In this document: piece after piece, positions 25,665 to 31,494 of the stretch
Numbering within the stretch: position 1 is the stretch's first letter
Layout of the letters: the number at the start of each line of letters is the position of its first letter
Virus record (IMG/VR): IMGVR_UViG_3300030102_003210
Origin: an uncultured virus (IMG/VR IMGVR_UViG_3300030102_003210)
Taxonomy: Duplodnaviria > Heunggongvirae > Uroviricota > Caudoviricetes
DNA length: 31,494 bases
Direction: 5' to 3' (one strand)
Program-made: the position numbers and the translations under genes
Notes under the pieces: generated by a model
Seen by the model: only the letters and a program-made list of their open reading frames with translations
Databases searched by the model: none
What the model was told of the DNA's origin: nothing

Positions 25665-26066
25665 ATGAGTTGGGAGATTATTCTAAAGGAACTTTCATGT
25701 CCTAGAGCAACGCAAGACCTGATGCTCAATACTAAGAACAGAGATGCCGCAGTGAAGAACCCAAATATTCGTTATGGTCCTCTCAATCTTGAAGATGAGG
25801 AATATTGGAAGGAGTATGCGAAAAGATGGAAAACAACTCCTGAAGTTGCCAAGGAGTCTAATTGTAGCAATTGCATTGCTTTTGACATATCTCCAAGAAT
25901 GGACAAGTGTATGCCTTTAACTACCGATGATGATGGTAGATTGGGATACTGTTGGATGCATGATTTCAAGTGTCATTCAGCGAGAACCTGCTACACTTGG
26001 GCTAAGGGTGGCCCAATAGATGATGATGCCACATCAAAAGAGAATCAAATGAGGGGAGAGCAGTAG
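25665..26066 (+). CDS. MSW-tag Cys-rich protein
   Basis: MSWEIILK; CSNC...C...GYCWMHDFKC...TCYTW. Confidence 0.75.
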   Translation: MSWEIILKELSCPRATQDLMLNTKNRDAAVKNPNIRYGPLNLEDEEYWKEYAKRWKTTPEVAKESNCSNCIAFDISPRMDKCMPLTTDDDGRLGYCWMHDFKCHSARTCYTWAKGGPIDDDATSKENQMRGEQ

Positions 26067-27944
26067 ATGAGTTGGTTTCAAGTTCTGAAGGACGATGACT
26101 CTCCCAAGCAAAGGAAGATTCCCAGTTTTCAAGAGAAGGTAATGAACACCGCTCGATGGATGAGAAGTAGAAGAAAGGAAATACTCGATGCAGTAACCAC
26201 GGATGATGCTCTTGAGAAGTACAGGGAAGACCCTGATATTATGAAATTGATAGTGGACAAAAATCAGAGTTTTATTCAAGATATAGAATTCATAAGAAGA
26301 CTTCTTACCGAAGACACTATCACGAATAGAAGAGGAAACACTTTCAAATCACTAAAAGGAATGCTAGGTGCAAGAGCATCTCAGATGGTTCAGAGACTAG
26401 ACCTTCTAGGCAAGGCGAAGAAGACAAGTCGTGGTAATGTCAGGGAAAGCACGAACAGAACATTCGAGATGATGATTTCTGATGGCAACTGGGGTGAACT
26501 CCTAGAATCTCTAGGAGATGAAAAGAGAAAAAGCAGATTCATGCAGATGATTCAATCCAACCCCTCCATGAGGAAGAAGATATATGACGAGACTAGGGAC
26601 ACTGAGTACGCAAACGAGTTCTCGTTGTTGATGAACATGAACCAAGAGGAGTTCGTCAGCATAGACTACACTGGTGATATCGCTGACTCGACAGTCAAGG
26701 ACTATGTTAATCATATCCTTTCCAAGATAAAAGCCTCCCCTGCCAAGAAGAACGAGTTCATCTACTTTGAGAAGAAGTCTGAGAGAAACATGCTCAACCT
26801 GTTTCATCGCACGAAGGGGATGAACCCTGCGCTTGAGTTCCTATTCGACAACGAGAACTTCAACACCAGTGCCATGACAAAGGGTGCGCCTATGATGAGG
26901 GACTCATATCTAGAAGAAACACTCATGAGCAATCTCAGGGATAAAAGCAGGAAGAGGAAGGTTCCAATACCAACCAAACTACAGAATGCATTCGACCTTC
27001 CTGAAGAGTTCCTAATCGGTGGGGAGGAAAGCACCCAGATGAAGATAAGACTCAGGGAGGCCAAGAAGAAAAGCAACAAAGAATTCATGGCTCTATTAAA
27101 CGATTATTTTCCAAAAGAGGTCAACGAGTTCAAGAATGCTCTCAGACAAGTTGAGAGAGGAAAATCAAAGGAAGTCGAGGAAGGTCAGACCTATCGTGAA
27201 CTACTAGAGGACATAGAGCAAGAGGTTCTTGAGTATGTGAATGAGGCTATGGGCCTAGATAATGATGATGAGAAGTTGGATGCTGCTCAACTAAGGGAGA
27301 GAAAGGAAGAACTGAAACAGGCAGTTCAGAGAATCATAGATGGTGATGCCAAGGAAGAAGACTTGAAGATGTTTCCCGGAGCAACGCAACAAACCAAGCA
27401 GGAGCATCCGTTTCTATCGGCAGACTTCAACTTGAGGAGAATCATGAGCAAAAAACTAGGAGTCGGTGCAACTGCAACTGACATAGTTATTGCACTACAA
27501 CTCACATCCAACTTGACCAATGGTGCTTTGACCATATACGAAATAAGGAAATACTTCAGTGACATAGAGAAAGTAAAGGATGCAAAAAAGATAGAGGAAC
27601 TGAATACCTTCCTAAGCAAGAAGGCAAAGGAGGGAGATGACCTTAACGAGGCAAAGTTGAGAGCCGAGGAGGAGGTTAGAGACAAGTTCCTAGATGAGGT
27701 TAGGAAAGACTATGCTAGTGCTAGGAAGGCTCTCATTGAAAAAATAAAGGACACGATGAAAGAGGTTCTGAAAGAGGGTAGGAAGATGGGTGTTGAGTTT
27801 GATAGGAAGGCAAAGCAGGAGAGAATAGTTACTTCAAGGGATGCTGAAGGAAGAGCAACCGACACTAGAGAAAGCGTATCCACTAAGTTCCAGTATCTTG
27901 AACCGTATTTCTACCTGATTAAAATACTAGACATTGAGAAATGA
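26067..27944 (+). CDS. Large helical MSW-tag protein (probable virion-internal protein)
   Basis: 625 aa; MSWFQVLK; charged and helical. Confidence 0.8.
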   Translation: MSWFQVLKDDDSPKQRKIPSFQEKVMNTARWMRSRRKEILDAVTTDDALEKYREDPDIMKLIVDKNQSFIQDIEFIRRLLTEDTITNRRGNTFKSLKGMLGARASQMVQRLDLLGKAKKTSRGNVRESTNRTFEMMISDGNWGELLESLGDEKRKSRFMQMIQSNPSMRKKIYDETRDTEYANEFSLLMNMNQEEFVSIDYTGDIADSTVKDYVNHILSKIKASPAKKNEFIYFEKKSERNMLNLFHRTKGMNPALEFLFDNENFNTSAMTKGAPMMRDSYLEETLMSNLRDKSRKRKVPIPTKLQNAFDLPEEFLIGGEESTQMKIRLREAKKKSNKEFMALLNDYFPKEVNEFKNALRQVERGKSKEVEEGQTYRELLEDIEQEVLEYVNEAMGLDNDDEKLDAAQLRERKEELKQAVQRIIDGDAKEEDLKMFPGATQQTKQEHPFLSADFNLRRIMSKKLGVGATATDIVIALQLTSNLTNGALTIYEIRKYFSDIEKVKDAKKIEELNTFLSKKAKEGDDLNEAKLRAEEEVRDKFLDEVRKDYASARKALIEKIKDTMKEVLKEGRKMGVEFDRKAKQERIVTSRDAEGRATDTRESVSTKFQYLEPYFYLIKILDIEK

Positions 27945-27953
27945 GGGAATACT

Positions 27954-30635
27954 ATGGATGAGAAATTTGCCACTTTGCTAGAAAGAGGTGTGAAGAGCCT
28001 TGGAGACAGGAGAGAGCAACGGGAATATCTGAATTCGTTGAAGGAAAACCCTGATGGGCAACTTCTCATCGACTATCTTGAGCAGAAAGATGTCGGAGAG
28101 ATAGCAACTGAAGACAATAGGGATGACTTCAAGACTTCATTGTTAGTTAGGGACACACTCGACAACAAGATAAAACTTCAACCATTCATAACAGTCAGGG
28201 GAAGTTCCAGTGCAGGTAATCAGATTGCTAGTAGACTACAGCAAAAATATCCCGGATTCAACTCGATACCTGTTGACGCAAGAACAAAAATGGTTGAGAA
28301 ACTAGTTGAGAATTATGGAGTGAAAATGACTAGTGCTGCTAGAAGAAGGGTTGAGACACCAATCAGCGAGGCTAGAGAATTAAAGAGGCACTTGTCTAAT
28401 TTTGTGAATAGGAACACTGGCAAGGAGTTGACCTCTGCCATACTAAGAAAACCAAAAATAGACACTAAGAACATAATGTTAGATTCGGAATCAACGAAGG
28501 CAGATAGGGAGTCGGCACTTGCTTTCCTGTCCAATCACTCAGAGAGGTTGAAGTTGAATCCGTTGATAACTATGCTTGAGTCATCTATGAATCTAGGTGA
28601 AAGAATAGTTCAACCAAATTTTCTACTGCAAGACTTCATCGCAAAGGGAGACCTTCGGCTAACTAAGAACAGGAGAAAGATATACGATTATTGGGAATCA
28701 ATATCACCTAAGTACGAGGCTTTAGTGAAGGCGCATAACGATTTCAAGGAAGTTCTCAACGCAGCCTTCCCGAAAGATGAGAGGGACAATCCAGAGAATG
28801 TGGAATTGAAGGACTCAGAACTCTATGACGTAATAGACAAGTTCAATGAGTTTGACAATGAGAAGATAAAGCAATTGGAGTATGTCTTCAAATTCGGGCC
28901 TGTTGACTATTCCACGATAGATAGTGACGACAAGGGAATAGAGGCATTAGATGAGTTTCTAGATAGGTACAAACTGCTTTCTGAGCGGTCTACCGCTCCA
29001 TCACCCAAAGCACGACAACGGAGCGGATATAGGAGAACAGAAGAACAAGGTGGAGGCCAAGTAGGTATAATGGAGGCAGGAGATTCAGGTTCAGAGATAT
29101 TGCAAGAAGAGACGAGGATTATGAGGCTTCGTGACTTGATTGAGGACAATATTATCGACACAAAACTAGACCCACTTTTCGCCTATGCATACAAGCAAGG
29201 CAAGGCGGGGTTCAGGGTCACACCTGCAATGGCACAAGACTTCAGAAGAATGAAGAATAGAATGAAGAAATATGCGATTAGACTACGACTCAATAAAGAA
29301 GCATTGAGACAGGTTGAGCGTTTCATGAATGACATCGAGATGCAAGCCGTGATATCAGAGGGAGACTTTTTCCTACCATATCAAGAAGAATTGATAGATG
29401 AGATATATGGTGGATTTAAGGACGATGGAAAGTATATTGAACCTGATTCTAAAACAGATACGAGGATAATCAAGGACTATCTAGATACGATATCCTCTTT
29501 TATTCAAGCAGGTCAAGAGGTAGAGAGAGGGACTGGAATAGGAATTAGCACTACTAAAGTAGTTGAGGCAGTTTCTGGAAAGAAGGATAAACTGGGTAGA
29601 AAGCAACGTCAACAAATTGGAAGCGGTAGGGGAGTCTCCCTACCATCTAAGAGAAGCATGAGAAGTCAGTTAGGCAGTCTCGATACCAGTGGCACTATAT
29701 TCAGAGAGGTTGAAGTAGAAGAAGGAGGAGAGAAAAAGAAAGTCATGAAGCCAAAAAAGGTGCAGTTAAAACCACTCTTCAATGACCTCCTGAAGGCAAT
29801 AAACGAATATTATGTAGACCCGGCCACATCAAGTTTGAAGCCCCTTGCTAGAAGGTTTGATTGGATGGACACGACTACCTTGGGAATCCTAGGCTCAAGA
29901 AGAGTGAAGGGAAACGCCTTCCTAACTATGTTGAGTCTACAGAGGTCTAATTCAGGTGGAATACTTCTAGATGAGCCTAACATGGAATCGGTTGTCAACA
30001 TACTATCGGCACTTGCCAAACCAGTCACAAAAAATAGTGCTGGTTCCTTCCTAGATTTGCTAGAGGATGCGGCAGGTGCAGTTGATGAGGTCTTCAAGGG
30101 AGATGACAGTAGAGGTGTAAGCATAGAGTTCGGTAACTTAGGATTCGAGACGTTGAAGAAAAACGGTCTAGATACTGATAAGAATTTCTCAGGAAAAAAA
30201 CTAAGCGAATGGCACAAAATATACAACGAATCTCCCGGAGTGATATATCCCTTTGGAGCGTTATACTACCATGTATTGTCTAATGAGACTTTATACACTA
30301 AATACAGTACGAAATACGAAAGCCTAATTTCAGAAATAAAGAGGATAGAGAATAAATTGGACATCGTTAAAAGCGACTTGGAAGTTAATTACCTAAACGC
30401 ACACGACACAGTTAGGAAGATGATGCAGAAGCCAATCTACTATGGTCTTAGTTCTACTGATGACTTCGATGACGTTCAAGAGACCATCTCAATCATGAAG
30501 TCTGAGTTTAACACTGACTTGACCGCTATGGAGATAGAGAGTATAGTGAAAGAACTAGACTCTATGGAGAATCTAAGCCGCAAGTACGGGATATCAACAG
30601 AGGGGGTCTATTACCTCAAAGCAACTCATAGGTGA
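27954..30635 (+). CDS. Large hypothetical protein; C-terminal HTH-like segment
   Basis: 893 aa; SMENLSRKYGISTEGVYYLK. Confidence 0.85.
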   Translation: MDEKFATLLERGVKSLGDRREQREYLNSLKENPDGQLLIDYLEQKDVGEIATEDNRDDFKTSLLVRDTLDNKIKLQPFITVRGSSSAGNQIASRLQQKYPGFNSIPVDARTKMVEKLVENYGVKMTSAARRRVETPISEARELKRHLSNFVNRNTGKELTSAILRKPKIDTKNIMLDSESTKADRESALAFLSNHSERLKLNPLITMLESSMNLGERIVQPNFLLQDFIAKGDLRLTKNRRKIYDYWESISPKYEALVKAHNDFKEVLNAAFPKDERDNPENVELKDSELYDVIDKFNEFDNEKIKQLEYVFKFGPVDYSTIDSDDKGIEALDEFLDRYKLLSERSTAPSPKARQRSGYRRTEEQGGGQVGIMEAGDSGSEILQEETRIMRLRDLIEDNIIDTKLDPLFAYAYKQGKAGFRVTPAMAQDFRRMKNRMKKYAIRLRLNKEALRQVERFMNDIEMQAVISEGDFFLPYQEELIDEIYGGFKDDGKYIEPDSKTDTRIIKDYLDTISSFIQAGQEVERGTGIGISTTKVVEAVSGKKDKLGRKQRQQIGSGRGVSLPSKRSMRSQLGSLDTSGTIFREVEVEEGGEKKKVMKPKKVQLKPLFNDLLKAINEYYVDPATSSLKPLARRFDWMDTTTLGILGSRRVKGNAFLTMLSLQRSNSGGILLDEPNMESVVNILSALAKPVTKNSAGSFLDLLEDAAGAVDEVFKGDDSRGVSIEFGNLGFETLKKNGLDTDKNFSGKKLSEWHKIYNESPGVIYPFGALYYHVLSNETLYTKYSTKYESLISEIKRIENKLDIVKSDLEVNYLNAHDTVRKMMQKPIYYGLSSTDDFDDVQETISIMKSEFNTDLTAMEIESIVKELDSMENLSRKYGISTEGVYYLKATHR

Positions 30636-30639
30636 TAGA

Positions 30640-31203
30640 ATGGTAACTATCAGTTCAAGCCTGTATTCCGAAGACCAAATGATAGACCTCTTGAAGGAGT
30701 TTCATGGTGATGGTAAAGACTGGCCTAAACCGAATGGGTTTAGACCTAGAAGCGTTTGGGGTGGTAACAAATACTCTAGCACCAACCCCGTATTCTTCAT
30801 GGCTTTTGATGGGAATAAACCAATAGGATATGGGGGATTTGAGGACAATGGGAAGTTCATAGTAAGTGCAGGAGTTAGTGTCCATCAAGACTATCGTGGT
30901 AAGGGGATAGCGAACAAACTCATCAGAATGAGAAATGACAAATATGCTTCAGCGAACAAGCCAGCACTTGTTGCTATGAATACTAAGGTCATGGCAGCAG
31001 GAGATTGGAAGAGCAAATGGAAGAGAACTGGTTGGGTTGATTCTCCTGAAGACTCGGAGATAAGCGAAGAAGACAAACGTGCGATTCCATCTGAGGTGTT
31101 AGAATACCACAGAAAAAGATACGGAGACAATTGGATGTTGTATCCTGTTGGTTCTAAGCCTATGGCAAAGGCTTGGAATATTCTATACAAGGGTGATTTC
31201 TAG
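30640..31203 (+). CDS. GNAT-family acetyltransferase
   Basis: PIGYGG...VSVHQDYRGKGIANKLI acetyl-CoA motif A; GGTGA RBS. Confidence 0.85.
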   Translation: MVTISSSLYSEDQMIDLLKEFHGDGKDWPKPNGFRPRSVWGGNKYSSTNPVFFMAFDGNKPIGYGGFEDNGKFIVSAGVSVHQDYRGKGIANKLIRMRNDKYASANKPALVAMNTKVMAAGDWKSKWKRTGWVDSPEDSEISEEDKRAIPSEVLEYHRKRYGDNWMLYPVGSKPMAKAWNILYKGDF

Positions 31204-31208
31204 TGGAG

Positions 31209-31494
31209 GTGGATAATCTAGATTTCATGTCTTCTATGGATATGGAACTATCTAAGAACTCATTTCCCTACTTCTTCAAGAACGTTCTAGGAATGATGTA
31301 TCCCGAGTACATGGAAGAGTGGCTAGGCTCTATGGAAACCACTGATAGAACAGTAATCATTTGTAGCAGAGACCACGGAAAGTCAGTCTTCATGCACAGT
31401 TGGGTTGTTTGGAATCTTATCTTTCAAGAGCCACCATATCAGATGCTATACATCTCATCGAACCAAAAGCAGACGCTTGTTCACATGAGGGAGA
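31209..31494 (+). CDS. terL: Terminase large subunit, 5' part (truncated by the window end; start uncertain)
   Basis: Manual translation: FPYFFKNVLG...RTVIICSRDHGKSVF (terminase-type Walker A RxxGKS)...MLYISSNQKQT. Confidence 0.85.
   Translation, partial: MDNLDFMSSMDMELSKNSFPYFFKNVLGMMYPEYMEEWLGSMETTDRTVIICSRDHGKSVFMHSWVVWNLIFQEPPYQMLYISSNQKQTLVHMRE

Overview
A 31.5-kb fragment of a tailed dsDNA virus of archaea. It is most consistent with a marine euryarchaeal (Poseidoniales/MGII, magrovirus-like) virus, based on an archaeal-type ATP-dependent ligase, a TFB, a class II RNR, GGTGA/GGAGG ribosome-binding sites and a terminase. It has three blocks. (1) Minus-strand block, 1-14164: replication and regulation genes, including a dispersed ubiquitin-like toolkit (Ubl ending GG-KC, ThiF/E1, JAB/JAMM protease), a 23-aa PIP-box micropeptide and a ~600-nt structured non-coding region. 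(2) 14165-19440: an AT-rich divergent region, then an array of plus-strand cassettes separated by the palindrome ACCATATGGT. The two ends of each cassette are complementary to each other, these arms co-vary between cassettes, and each gene cassette carries a fixed-spacing promoter-like element. (3) Plus-strand late block, 19470-31494: at least 13 otherwise unrelated proteins begin with the same MSWxx[ILV][LIV]K tag, and the block ends in the 5' part of the large terminase. No database searches were run; family calls rest on motifs recognised by eye.
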